64,000 nucleotides of DNA from a plasmid. Below, in pieces: positions 38,092-47,624 of the stretch. A model generated the notes under the pieces. It had not been told where the DNA came from and searched no databases. It saw only the letters and a list, made by a program, of their open reading frames with translations. The stretch lies in assembly GCF_988243305.1 (NCBI RefSeq), contig NZ_OZ547138.1; one strand, given 5' to 3'. The position numbers and the translations under genes are program-made. Each line of letters starts with the position of its first letter. Positions within the stretch are counted from its first letter, which is position 1.

Positions 38092-38514
38092 ATGTACTGT
38101 ACTGTTAAAGAAATCATCCGCGATGTACTGGATACAGACGTGCCGGACAGTGAATGCGTTTTTGCCGTGGTGCTGACCCGTGGGGATGTGCGTCACATAG
38201 CCCAGGACTGGAACCTGTCAGACGATGAGCTGGAAACCGTCATGCAGCGACTGGACGATGCCTTTGAGCATGGTGCGGATGTCAGCGTTGTTCACGACGT
38301 TGTTCGTGAACTGATGGAAGAAAAGCGCGCCAGCCGTCATGTGACAGTCCCGGCGGTGATGCTGGAAAAAGTGATGGCGCTGGCAGGCAGTGAAATGAAG
38401 CGCCTGTATGCCGTCGGGAGTGAGAACGGGGGCGACGGTGACGCATTCGTCAGGGAGGAACGCGAAGCAATGGACGTTGTGTTACAGGCGCTGGACGGGG
38501 AGACGATGTCATGA
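38092..38514 (+). CDS. Hypothetical 140-aa leading-region protein (paralog of 35957-36391)
   Basis: Preceded by an AAGGAGACGAG SD. Acidic, with the shared RHVTVPAVML core. Confidence 0.65.
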   Translation: MYCTVKEIIRDVLDTDVPDSECVFAVVLTRGDVRHIAQDWNLSDDELETVMQRLDDAFEHGADVSVVHDVVRELMEEKRASRHVTVPAVMLEKVMALAGSEMKRLYAVGSENGGDGDAFVREEREAMDVVLQALDGETMS

Positions 38515-38702
38515 ATATCAGCACAGAAACCCGCGAAATTCTGCGTAATTACAGGGCCGTGATTAATGCGCGGCGTCGTGAAATGGGGCAGAAACCGCTC
38601 ACCACCGCGCAGATTGTTGATGAAATCTGCGATTTTGTGGCGAATCAGCAGGCGGTTTTCCTGGGCGGTCACTACATCCTTCAGGGCAGCAGAAACAGGT
38701 GA
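38511..38702 (+). CDS. Hypothetical 63-aa protein
   Basis: Start overlaps the upstream stop (ATGA). Short and unrecognised. Confidence 0.45.
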   Translation: MNISTETREILRNYRAVINARRREMGQKPLTTAQIVDEICDFVANQQAVFLGGHYILQGSRNR

Positions 38703-38905
38703 TACAGGGGCAGGCGGTGGAGGCCGCCTGTCAGCCCGCGCGAAAACCCCAGGCAGGCTGACGCCTGCCGGAAACGCGGGGTGCAGCGCCTGCGGCGCTG
38801 CCGGCCCGGCTTTCCGGTCAGAAGGTAGTGTATGGCTGTATGCAGGGAACAGGAGTGATATTCCGTGACACTGTCACCGTTTCTGGCTGTCTTTTATTGC
38901 GCCCA

Positions 38906-39471
38906 CTTCGGCTCCCGGCTGCCTGGCGGCATCCGGTCGTCAGGCCCGACTCCGACGGGCAGCTGCTGGCGCACCCGCCAGTCTCCGCCGAACCCGCTGG
39001 CGCGGTTTCGGGCTGCCGCTACGGTCCGATGCGTGAAAACCCGGCTTGCAGCGACCGTTCCGGTCGCGCCGCCCCTGTCGCGCCGTGACCTGCGCTCCCT
39101 GCACACCTGACGGTGTGTGAGGAAACTGCGCCTGATGGCGCAGCAGTCCTCCCTCCTGCCGCCACTCCTGCGGCCTGTTTCCCGCTGTGGACTTTCCGGG
39201 GGGCAGACGTAACCCCCTCCCGTTCCATCTGTCCAGGGTGAGATGCACCGGCCACAAAATTTTTAGCCATGAACCCGGCAAAAAATTTTGCGTCCGCCCC
39301 CGGACAGCTGCCCCGTGAGGCGGTAAACGGGCCCCCATCGGAAAGGTCCACTGCGGGGAGAAAACCCTGTGAAGTGGACGGCAGGAGGAGCTTTCGCTCC
39401 TCTGAAGGGGCACATGAACGTCCCGTCGCCGGTATCCGGTTTATCTCACATCTTTCAGTCAGGAGGTTCTT
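38906..39471. repeat. Family-B hairpin element, copy 1 (upstream of ssb)
   Basis: About 566 bp with high similarity to 45251-45800, and its 3' two-thirds to 48281-48653. 39152-39161 pairs with 39379-39388, and 39181-39199 pairs imperfectly with 39339-39358. It ends at the ssb ATG. Confidence 0.7.
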
Positions 39472-39999
39472 ATGAGTGCACGTGGTATCAACAAGGTCAT
39501 CCTCGTCGGGCGTCTGGGCAATGATCCGGAGGTCCGTTACATCCCCAACGGGGGCGCAGTGGCAAACCTGCAGGTGGCCACGTCAGAAAGCTGGCGCGAC
39601 AAACAGACGGGGGAGATGCGGGAGCAGACGGAATGGCACCGCGTGGTGCTGTTCGGCAAGCTCGCGGAAGTGGCAGGTGAATATCTGCGCAAGGGCGCGC
39701 AGGTCTACATCGAGGGGCAACTCCGTACCCGTAGCTGGGAAGATAACGGTATCACCCGTTACGTCACTGAAATTCTTGTTAAGACCACGGGCACCATGCA
39801 GATGCTGGGGAGTGCACCACAGCAGAACGCTCAGGCGCAACCGAAGCCTCAGCAGTACGGCCAGCCACAGAGTGCTGACGCAACGAAAAAAGGGAGCGCG
39901 AAAACGAAAGGCCGTGGACGTAAGGCTGCGCAGCCGGAGCCTCAGCCGCAACCGCCGGAGGGTGAGGATTACTGGTTTTCAGACGATATCCCGTTCTGA
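39472..39999 (+). CDS. ssb: Plasmid single-stranded DNA-binding protein
   Basis: 175 aa. Starts [48 protein letters not shown] and has an acidic tail DDIPF. Confidence 0.95.
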   Translation: MSARGINKVILVGRLGNDPEVRYIPNGGAVANLQVATSESWRDKQTGEMREQTEWHRVVLFGKLAEVAGEYLRKGAQVYIEGQLRTRSWEDNGITRYVTEILVKTTGTMQMLGSAPQQNAQAQPKPQQYGQPQSADATKKGSAKTKGRGRKAAQPEPQPQPPEGEDYWFSDDIPF

Positions 40000-40055
40000 A
40001 TGACTGACTGTGAAAACCGCCCCGTCCAGTGCGGGGCATCACCGGAGATATGAGG

Positions 40056-40289
40056 ATGAGCGAATATTTCAGAATATTTCAGGGGCTGCCTGACGGCTCC
40101 TTTACCCGCGAACAGGCTGAAGCCGTTGCCGCACAGTACCGGAATGTCTTTATCGAGGATGATCAGGGAACGCATTTTCGCCTGGTTGTCCGCAATAACA
40201 GTGGCCTGGTCTGGCGTACCTGGAATTTTGAGGACGGTGCCGGGTACTGGATGAACCATGTCATCCGGAATTTCGGCATTCTTAAGTAA
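40056..40289 (+). CDS. Small leading-region protein (YubL-like)
   Basis: 77 aa from [16 protein letters not shown], with a GGAG SD 8 nt upstream. It occupies the position between ssb and the ParB-like gene, as in F. Confidence 0.6.
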   Translation: MSEYFRIFQGLPDGSFTREQAEAVAAQYRNVFIEDDQGTHFRLVVRNNSGLVWRTWNFEDGAGYWMNHVIRNFGILK

Positions 40290-40347
40290 GAGAGGTGCCG
40301 GACGCGCGAACGTCCGGCAGGACATAAGCAATTATAAGGGGATGATT

Positions 40348-42306
40348 ATGCCTGTAACGAAGTGTGAACCAGAAACCACCCGCAAAGCAAGCCGTAAATC
40401 TGTAAAAACGCAGGAAACTGTCCTGTCTGCCCTGCTGGCGCAGACGGAGGAAGTGAGCGTGCCGCTGGCCTCGCTGATTAAATCACCGCTGAATGTGCGC
40501 ACGGTGCCGTATTCTGCGGAGTCCGTCAGCGAACTGGCGGAGTCCATTAAGGGCGTTGGCCTGTTGCAGAATCTGGTCGTGCATACCCTGCCTGGTGACC
40601 GTTACGGTGTCGCCGCAGGTGGTCGCCGACTGGCTGCACTCAACATGCTGGCAGAGCGTGGCATTATTCCGGCTGACTGGCCTGTACGCGTGAAGGTTAT
40701 TCCGCAGGAGCTGGCGACTGCCGCATCAATGACTGAAAACGGTCATCGTCGGGATATGCACCCTGCCGAACAGATTGCCGGATTCCGTGCGATGGCGCAG
40801 GAAGGCAAAACGCCTGCACAAATCGGTGATTTGCTGGGCTATTCGCCCCGCCACGTTCAGCGAATGCTGAAACTGGCAGACCTTGCGCCTGTCATCCTCG
40901 ATGCGCTGGCAGAAGACCGCATCACCACAGAGCACTGTCAGGCGCTGGCGCTGGAGAACGACACCGCGCGTCAGGTGCAGGTGTTTGAAGCCGCCTGCCA
41001 GTCGGGATGGGGCGGTAAACCGGAAGTACAGACCATTCGTCGTCTGGTGACCGAAAGTGAAGTGGCGGTGGCGGGGAACAGTAAATTCCGCTTTGTGGGG
41101 GCTGATGCCTTCTCGCCAGATGAACTGCGCACTGATTTGTTCAGCGACGACGAGGGTGGCTATGTGGACTGTGTTGCGCTCGATGCCGCCCTGCTGGAAA
41201 AACTCCAGGCTGTTGCAGAGTTCCTTCGGGAAGCCGAAGGCTGGGGATGGTGCGCCGGACGCATGGAGCCTGTCGGTGAGTGCCGTGAGGATGCCGGAAC
41301 ATACCGCTGTCTGCCGGAGCCGGAAGCGGTGCTGACGGAGGCGGAAGAAGAACGCCTGAACGAACTGATGACGCGTTACGACGCGCTGGAAAACCAGTGT
41401 GAGGAATCCGACCTGCTGGAAGCAGAAATGAAGCTGATTGACTGCATGGCGAAGGTCAGGGCGTGGACGCCGGAGATGCGTGCCGGAAGTGGCGTGGTGG
41501 TGTCCTGGCGTTATGGAAACGTATGTGTCCAGCGTGGTGTGCAGTTGCGCAGTGAAGATGACGCGACTGATGACGCTGACCGCACGGAACAGGTGCAGGA
41601 GAAAGCGTCAGTGGAGGAAATCAGTCTGCCGTTGCTGACGAAAATGTCTTCCGAACGCACGCTGGCAGTCCAGGCAGCACTGATGCAGCAACCGGACAAA
41701 TCCCTGACACTGCTGGCATGGACGCTCTGCCTGAATGTGTTTGACAGCGGAGCGTACAGTAAACCAGCACAAATCAGCCTGGAATGTAAACATTATTCGC
41801 TGACCAGCGATGCGCCGTCAGGGAAGGAAGGTGCCGCATTCCTGGCGCTGATGGCAGAAAAAGCCCGTCTTGCGGCCCTGTTACCGGAGGGATGGTCACG
41901 GGACATGACGACGTTCCTGTCACTCAGTCAGGAGGTGCTGTTATCCCTGCTCAGTTTCTGCACCGCATGCAGCCTTAACGGTGTCCAGACCCGCGAGTGT
42001 GGTCGCACGTCACGCAGTCCGCTTGACTCACTGGAGAGCGCCATCGGTTTTCACATGCGCGACTGGTGGCAGCCGACGAAAGCAAACTTCTTCGGACACC
42101 TGAAAAAGCCGCAGATTATCGCAGCCCTGAATGATGCCGGACTGTCCGGTGCCGCACGGGACGCAGAGAAGATGAAGAAAGGCGATGCCGCTGAACATGC
42201 AGAGTTCCATATGAAAGACAACCGCTGGGTGCCTGGCTGGATGTGTTCACCACGTCCACAGACGGATGCCACTGAACGCGCCGATAACCTGGCTGATGCC
42301 GCCTGA
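40348..42306 (+). CDS. ParB/Srx-nuclease-domain leading-region protein (652 aa)
   Basis: ParB N-terminal motifs are visible: SPLNVRTVPY and VVHTLPGDRYGVAAGGRRLAAL. The start was chosen at MPVTK after an AAGGGG SD. The length matches the F leading-region ParB-like ORF from memory. Confidence 0.8.
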   Translation: MPVTKCEPETTRKASRKSVKTQETVLSALLAQTEEVSVPLASLIKSPLNVRTVPYSAESVSELAESIKGVGLLQNLVVHTLPGDRYGVAAGGRRLAALNMLAERGIIPADWPVRVKVIPQELATAASMTENGHRRDMHPAEQIAGFRAMAQEGKTPAQIGDLLGYSPRHVQRMLKLADLAPVILDALAEDRITTEHCQALALENDTARQVQVFEAACQSGWGGKPEVQTIRRLVTESEVAVAGNSKFRFVGADAFSPDELRTDLFSDDEGGYVDCVALDAALLEKLQAVAEFLREAEGWGWCAGRMEPVGECREDAGTYRCLPEPEAVLTEAEEERLNELMTRYDALENQCEESDLLEAEMKLIDCMAKVRAWTPEMRAGSGVVVSWRYGNVCVQRGVQLRSEDDATDDADRTEQVQEKASVEEISLPLLTKMSSERTLAVQAALMQQPDKSLTLLAWTLCLNVFDSGAYSKPAQISLECKHYSLTSDAPSGKEGAAFLALMAEKARLAALLPEGWSRDMTTFLSLSQEVLLSLLSFCTACSLNGVQTRECGRTSRSPLDSLESAIGFHMRDWWQPTKANFFGHLKKPQIIAALNDAGLSGAARDAEKMKKGDAAEHAEFHMKDNRWVPGWMCSPRPQTDATERADNLADAA

Positions 42307-42357
42307 TGAACAACCACACCGCCCCGCCGGAGACGGGGCGGCAGAGGGAGAAATACG

Positions 42358-42795
42358 ATGATGAATACCGAACTGACACTGAATGCCCTGCAGTCCATGA
42401 ATGCCCAGGAATATGAAGAAATCCGTGCTGCGGGAAGCGATATGCGCCGTAATCTCACTCACGAGGTGATGCGTGAAGTGGACGCACCGGCTAACTGGAT
42501 GATGAACGGAGAGTATGGCAGCGAGTTCGGGGGCTTTTTCCCCGTCCAGGTTCGTTTCACGCCAGCCCACGAACGTTTCCACCTGGCATTATGTTCGCCG
42601 GGAGACGTCTCTCAGCTCTGGATGCTGGTTCTGGTGAATGGTGGTGGACAGCCTTTCGCCGTCGTTCAGGTGCAACATATCTTCACGCCTGTCGCGATCA
42701 GTCACACGCTGGCGCTTGCCGCGACACTGGATGCGCAGGGATACAGTGTTAACGACATCATCCATATCCTGATGGCAGAAGGAGGTCAGGCATGA
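42358..42795 (+). CDS. psiB: Plasmid SOS inhibition protein PsiB
   Basis: The sequence …[72 protein letters not shown]… is near-identical to F PsiB as I recall it. Confidence 0.93.
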   Translation: MMNTELTLNALQSMNAQEYEEIRAAGSDMRRNLTHEVMREVDAPANWMMNGEYGSEFGGFFPVQVRFTPAHERFHLALCSPGDVSQLWMLVLVNGGGQPFAVVQVQHIFTPVAISHTLALAATLDAQGYSVNDIIHILMAEGGQA

Positions 42796-43511
42796 GCGCA
42801 CGTTCACGGGCACTGATCCCCCTCAGCGCAGAACAACAGGCCGCCATGCAGGCGGTGGCTGTCACAGAACAACGTCGTCGTCAGGGACGCACACTTTCAG
42901 CATGGCCTTATGCCACCGCTTTCTTTCGCTGCCTGAATGGCAGTCGCCGGATTTCGCTGACCGATCTCCGCTTTTTTGCCCCTGCGCTGACGAAGGAGGA
43001 ATTTCATGGCAACCGTCTCCTGTGGCTGGCTGCCGTGGATAAACTGATTGAAAGTTTTGGGGAAGTCTGTGTTCTTCCCCTGCCATCCGATGCGGGGCAC
43101 CGTCTGTTCCCGTCCGTGCCTTTTCGTGAAGGTGAGCGTCGTCGTCAGAAAACCACGCTGACAGAGCAGAAATACAGCCGCCAGCGGGAACGTGAGGCAG
43201 AACGACGGGAACTGGAATACCAGACATGTTTTGCTCAGGCGCAGATTGACCTTGCGTTTCATACTCCCGCCACGGTCGGAAGCTGGTTGTCCCGCTGGTC
43301 TGGTGTTGTTGAGGAGCATGATCTGGAAACGATTTTCTGGGGGTGGTGCGGGCGTTTTCCATCACTGTCATCATTTGACCGGTTTTTCTGGCAGGAGGAA
43401 CCACTCTGGCGGCTGATTTTTGAAGCCGGTGAGGCCGGTCGTGGTGCACCGGTACAGGTACGTGCACTTGAGCAGTGGATGATCCCGAACAAGCTGGAGA
43501 ACGTAATATGA
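42792..43511 (+). CDS. psiA: PsiA
   Basis: 239 aa, overlapping the psiB stop. Canonical psiB-psiA pair. Confidence 0.88.
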   Translation: MSARSRALIPLSAEQQAAMQAVAVTEQRRRQGRTLSAWPYATAFFRCLNGSRRISLTDLRFFAPALTKEEFHGNRLLWLAAVDKLIESFGEVCVLPLPSDAGHRLFPSVPFREGERRRQKTTLTEQKYSRQREREAERRELEYQTCFAQAQIDLAFHTPATVGSWLSRWSGVVEEHDLETIFWGWCGRFPSLSSFDRFFWQEEPLWRLIFEAGEAGRGAPVQVRALEQWMIPNKLENVI

Positions 43512-44104
43512 TGAAATCAGACGAAAAATACCAGGTTCCCGCGTGGATGCGACCTCTGTTGCCGTTGCTCTGCAACACCGGGGGGAACGATCCGGAAGAA
43601 CTGCTGAATGATACAGAAACCACTGCCAGTGCGAATGTTGTCCGTTATGTACTGATAGTTGCTGTGCGGTCGCAGGTTGATCTGCTGCAGCTTCTGTACA
43701 GGAAAGGGCTGTTGCGCACAGAGATACCAGGTGGCTTTTCACCGGAAGAAGCGCAGGCACTCCTGGATAATCTGGTGCGCAGCCATATCAGCAAGGCGCT
43801 GTCGGGCGAGCGAATGGCAGCCCGTGACAGAAATGCCGATCTGGCCTGGATTGGACAGCAACTGGTCGATGCCGCCTGGTTTGTCCGTGCCACACTGGAA
43901 GCGCATGGGATGAGCGTCGGAAATGAGAGTCCCCCTGCTCCGCCGGAGACAATGCCGGACATACAGACACGGGAACTGGTGATGTTGATCAAGCGACTGG
44001 CATCATCGCTGAAAGCGGTGAAACCGGACAGTTGTGTGGTGCGTGAAGCGCAGGACTGGCTGCGCGACAGAAAACTTGTGAGCATCACGGATGTTCTCCG
44101 GTGA
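43508..44104 (+). CDS. Hypothetical 198-aa leading-region protein
   Basis: The ATG overlaps the psiA stop (ATGA). Starts [26 protein letters not shown]. Unknown function. Confidence 0.6.
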   Translation: MMKSDEKYQVPAWMRPLLPLLCNTGGNDPEELLNDTETTASANVVRYVLIVAVRSQVDLLQLLYRKGLLRTEIPGGFSPEEAQALLDNLVRSHISKALSGERMAARDRNADLAWIGQQLVDAAWFVRATLEAHGMSVGNESPPAPPETMPDIQTRELVMLIKRLASSLKAVKPDSCVVREAQDWLRDRKLVSITDVLR

Positions 44105-44214
44105 ACCAGTGGAGGTATGCTTGAGGGGCAGGGACATGCCAGTCATGATCGTTTCATATCAGGGGTGGTCTGGAGGTCATGCGGTGTGCTCCCTGCTCTC
44201 GCCGGAATAAGGAA

Positions 44215-44568
44215 GTCGCCGGCGGCTCCGCTTTTACCCGGCCATGCGGGGCATGGCCTTGTGGGTTTTCAGTTATGTGGCCGCCGTGTCGTGTGCGGGC
44301 TGTGCCGTGCCTCCATCGTAGCCGGGCTTCTGCGGGCGGGATGCAAGGTAAGATGAACCGCTGCGGTCACCCGGTCCCTCCTTCCCGTCTGCCGTGATTT
44401 TCCGGTCGTTCACCCGCTCAGATTTCGCGGTCTCACCCTCCAACTCCCGTCAGCCGTGCGCGTCGGGCTGCGGCTTTCCTTGCGCCCTTGCATCCCTGCA
44501 GGCCCGGCAAAGATGGAGGCACGGCACCGCCCGGTGTCGCAGAACATGTGACTATGGAGGATTCGGGA
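44215..44568. repeat. Family-A hairpin element, copy 2 (upstream of ardA)
   Basis: Near-identical to 37267-37619. 44302-44317 pairs perfectly with 44512-44527. It ends at the ardA ATG. Confidence 0.7.
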
Positions 44569-45069
44569 ATGTCTGTTGTTGCACCTGCTGTATACGTTGG
44601 AACCTGGCACAAATACAACTGTGGAAGCATCGCCGGACGCTGGTTTGACCTGACCACGTTTGATGATGAGCGCGACTTTTTCGCCGCCTGCCGTGCTCTT
44701 CACCAGGATGAAGCCGATCCTGAACTGATGTTTCAGGATTATGAGGGATTCCCGGGGAATATGGCCTCTGAATGTCATATCAACTGGGCCTGGGTTGAAG
44801 GCTTCCGCCGGGCACGGGATGAAGGCTGCGAAGAGGCTTATCGTCTCTGGGTGGATGATACCGGTGAGACGGATTTTGACAGCTTCCGCGATGCCTGGTG
44901 GGGCGAGGCTGACAGTGAGGAGGCTTTTGCGGTTGAGTTCGCCAGTGATACCGGCCTGCTGGCTGACGTGCCGGAGACGGTGGCGCTCTATTTTGACTAT
45001 GAGGCGTATGCGCGGGATTTATTCCTGGACTCCTTCACCTTTATTGACGGTCATGTGTTCCGTCGGTGA
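44569..45069 (+). CDS. ardA: Antirestriction protein ArdA (type I R-M inhibitor, DNA mimic)
   Basis: 166 aa starting MSVVAPAVYVGTWHKYNCGSIAGRWFDLTTFDDERDFFAAC. Highly acidic, with a GGAGG SD. The track start at 44488 lies in the repeat. Confidence 0.92.
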   Translation: MSVVAPAVYVGTWHKYNCGSIAGRWFDLTTFDDERDFFAACRALHQDEADPELMFQDYEGFPGNMASECHINWAWVEGFRRARDEGCEEAYRLWVDDTGETDFDSFRDAWWGEADSEEAFAVEFASDTGLLADVPETVALYFDYEAYARDLFLDSFTFIDGHVFRR

Positions 45070-45250
45070 TTTACTCCCCCGCTCCGGCGGGGGTATGGCC
45101 TGCCAGGCCGCCGGAAAACCCTGGCAGGCTTACGCCTGCCTGAAATGCAGGAGGGCCGCGCCTGCGGCGCTGCCCTTCCTGCCCGTCATGGTGTGAGGCA
45201 TTTTTCTGTTATGTCGTTTCTGTTGTTCTGATTTCCGGAGGCGGGGACAC

Positions 45251-45800
45251 CTTCGGCTCCCGGCTGCCTGGCGGCATCCGGTCGTCAGGCCCGACTCCGA
45301 CAGGCAGCTGCTGGCGCACCCGCCAGTCTCCGCCGAACCCGCTGGCGCGGTTTCGGGCTGCCGCTACGGTCCGATGTCTGAAAAACCAGGCTTGCAGCGA
45401 CCGTTCCGGTCGCGCCGCCTCTGTCGCGCCGTGACCTGCGCTCCCTGCACACCTGACGGTGTGTAAGGAAACTGCGCCTGATGGCGCAGTTGTCTGCCCT
45501 TCCGCCGCCACCCCTGCGGCCTGTTTCCCGCTGTGGACTTTCCGGGGGCTGAAGCGGCCACAACACGTGTCAGCCGTCCAGGGGGGAGATGTACCAGCCA
45601 CAAAACTTTTTGCCGCAAGCGTCAAAAACTTTTGCGTCTGCCCCCGGACAACTGCCCCGTGCCGTGGCTGTCGCTGCCCCATCGGAAAGGTCCACTGCGG
45701 GGAGAAACCCCGAAGAAGTGGACGGCAGAAGGGGCTTTCGCCCCTCCGGGGGAGCAACCGGTCGGCCCGGCGACCTGATTCAGCAGAAGGAGACGTTTTC
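45251..45800. repeat. Family-B hairpin element, copy 2
   Basis: Aligns by eye along its whole length with 38906-39471. It ends at the ATG of the unknown 144-aa ORF. Confidence 0.7.
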
Positions 45801-46235
45801 ATGACAGTCAGCAGCACGATTTCCGTTTTTTGCCGCGACGGGGTGTTCCGTACCGTTTACTGCCACCTGCACGGTGAGCCGACCTGGAACGGTCGCATCC
45901 TGCATACCCACTATGCCACCGGTCAGCAGGCCGAAGCCCTGGTTGAACACGGTGATATCCGTTGCCTCGGTCCCCGTTGCGACAAACCCGCCGGGCATAC
46001 GCTTCAGAACCCGGTGGACGGTGTGACGGCTTATTACGGACGTGACAGTGGTTTCCGGATGGACAGTGAGGCGCGTGAGTACCGTTCTTTCAGGGAGGCC
46101 ATCGCCACGGAAAGCACTGAAGAGGTGCGCTTCCATTATGTGTTCATCGACGGCTACTGGAAGGTGATGTACCGCACGCCGGAAGGCTGGAAGATGAAGT
46201 CGCTTGCGCTGGCACTGCGCCGCTGTCCGAAATGA
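45801..46235 (+). CDS. Hypothetical 144-aa protein directly behind a family-B element
   Basis: ATG at 45801 after an AAGGAGA SD. Starts MTVSSTISVFCRDGVFRTVYCHLHGEPTWNGRIL. The track start at 45459 lies inside the repeat and is rejected. Confidence 0.65.
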   Translation: MTVSSTISVFCRDGVFRTVYCHLHGEPTWNGRILHTHYATGQQAEALVEHGDIRCLGPRCDKPAGHTLQNPVDGVTAYYGRDSGFRMDSEAREYRSFREAIATESTEEVRFHYVFIDGYWKVMYRTPEGWKMKSLALALRRCPK

Positions 46236-46328
46236 AAAAAAGGCAGGGCGATAAACCCTGCCTCTCTCCGCCGGCGCTTCCCCGCCAGGAAGCCCGGCAT
46301 CTCAATCACTATCTATGGAGATTATGCC

Positions 46329-46595
46329 ATGAGACCATCAATTATCTTCGCAACCGCCGAGTATGTAAAGCGTCTGCGTGAAGAGTGCCTGCGGGAGAAT
46401 AAACCCCTGCACCGCCATACCCGCTTCAGACGTCAGGAGCTGGCACAGGATGAGATTAACCCGGACGTCCTGGCGATGAGCGGTCATATCGCCAGACGCT
46501 GCAGTGAGCAGAAGCGGGTGCGTATCCCCGCTATGAAAGCCAGCGAATGGGGCCACCTGCTCCGCGCGCTTGAAATTGAACGGGTCTGCCACTGA
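46329..46595 (+). CDS. Hypothetical 88-aa basic protein
   Basis: Preceded by a GGAG SD. Arg-rich. Unknown function. Confidence 0.5.
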   Translation: MRPSIIFATAEYVKRLREECLRENKPLHRHTRFRRQELAQDEINPDVLAMSGHIARRCSEQKRVRIPAMKASEWGHLLRALEIERVCH

Positions 46596-46659
46596 TTAAC
46601 CCTTGCCGTCTGCCTGTGCAGGCGGCAGGATACGTTCAGACATCTCACCAGGAGGAACC

Positions 46660-47562
46660 GTGAGTAAGAAGAAAAACACCACAACGCCCACGCCGCATGA
46701 TGCCGCGTTCCGGTCGTTCCTGGCGAATCCCGACGTCGCCAGAGATTTTCTGGAACTGCATCTTCCGGCGGAGTACCGGCAGTTGTGCGACCTGTCCACG
46801 CTGAAGCTGGAACCCGCCACCTTTGTAGAGCCGGACCTGCATCAGTACGCCAGCGATATCCTCTGGAGCGTGAAAACCACCGGGGGTGAAGACGGCTATG
46901 TTTATACGCTCATCGAGCACCAGAGCACCGAAAATCTGTACATGCCTTTTCGCATGTTACGTTACAGTGTGGCGGCGATGCAGAGACATCTGGAGCAGCA
47001 CAAAACGTTGCCACTGGTGATTCCGGTGCTGTTCTATCACGGTGAGCGCAGCCCGTACCCGTACAGCATGAACTGGCTGGACTGTTTTGAGAATCCGGCA
47101 CTTGCGGCTAAAATATACACAAAGCCGTTTCCGCTGGTTGATATCACTGTCGTTGATGACAATGAAATCATGAATCATCGCCGGATGGCCGCACTGACGC
47201 TGCTGATGAAGCATATCCGCCATCGTGACATGATGGAGCTGCTGGACAAACTCCCGAAGGTCATGGTGGAAATTTCAGACGAGCAGGTGCGTGTTCTGAT
47301 TCATTACATCGTTAACGCAGGGGACTCTGTATCACCGGAATTTATGCGGGCGCTGGCTGAGCGTCTGCCGCAGCATGAGGATAAACTGATGACTATCGCA
47401 GAACGTCTTGAGCAAAAAGGTCGCCAGGAGGGCAGGATGGAAGGTGCGCTTGAAAAAGCCCTGGCTATTGCGTGCCAGCTTCAGAAAATGGGGATGACGC
47501 CGGAGCAGATTAAGCAGGCTACCGGGCTTTCCGATGACGAACTGAAGAAAATCACTCACTGA
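46660..47562 (+). CDS. Rpn-family (YhgA-like, PD-(D/E)XK) recombination-promoting nuclease
   Basis: 300 aa from a GTG after a GGAGGA SD. Contains HDAAFRSFL…, DILWSVK…, YVYTLIEHQS and PLVIPVLFYHG motifs typical of Rpn/transposase_31 proteins. It also has the characteristic C-terminal MTIAERLEQKGRQEG… tail. Confidence 0.8.
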   Translation: MSKKKNTTTPTPHDAAFRSFLANPDVARDFLELHLPAEYRQLCDLSTLKLEPATFVEPDLHQYASDILWSVKTTGGEDGYVYTLIEHQSTENLYMPFRMLRYSVAAMQRHLEQHKTLPLVIPVLFYHGERSPYPYSMNWLDCFENPALAAKIYTKPFPLVDITVVDDNEIMNHRRMAALTLLMKHIRHRDMMELLDKLPKVMVEISDEQVRVLIHYIVNAGDSVSPEFMRALAERLPQHEDKLMTIAERLEQKGRQEGRMEGALEKALAIACQLQKMGMTPEQIKQATGLSDDELKKITH

Positions 47563-47574
47563 TGAGAGTATCAC

Positions 47575-47599
47575 AGCCCGGCAAAATGCCGGGCTTTTT
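47575..47599 (+). terminator. Rho-independent terminator after rpn
   Basis: agcccggca-aaa-tgccgggct followed by TTTT. Confidence 0.7.
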
Positions 47600-47624
47600 A
47601 TCCAGCAGGAGCAGAGCAAACAGT

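Noticed and set aside
38828-39475. ORFs inside family-B copy 1 (for example 38940-39413 minus, 39019-39351 minus, 38828-39088 plus)
   Set aside because: They fall in a repeat that recurs upstream of three different genes and is dominated by inverted repeats. Equivalent ORFs in the other copies (45209-45817, 45285-45566, 48278-48652) have shifted frames and lengths, which is inconsistent with conserved coding.
39476-40003. 175-aa ORF in the +1 frame over ssb
   Set aside because: ssb in the other frame is unmistakable (OB-fold N-terminus, DDIPF tail). The overlapping frame is Arg/Ser-rich.
42862-43760. Minus-strand ORFs 42862-43623 (253 aa), 42897-43319 and 43371-43760
   Set aside because: They are antisense to psiA and the following coupled gene.
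45459-45800. N-terminal 114-codon extension of the 45459-46235 ORF
   Set aside because: The extension lies wholly within family-B copy 2. A good SD+ATG at 45801 gives a 144-aa product.
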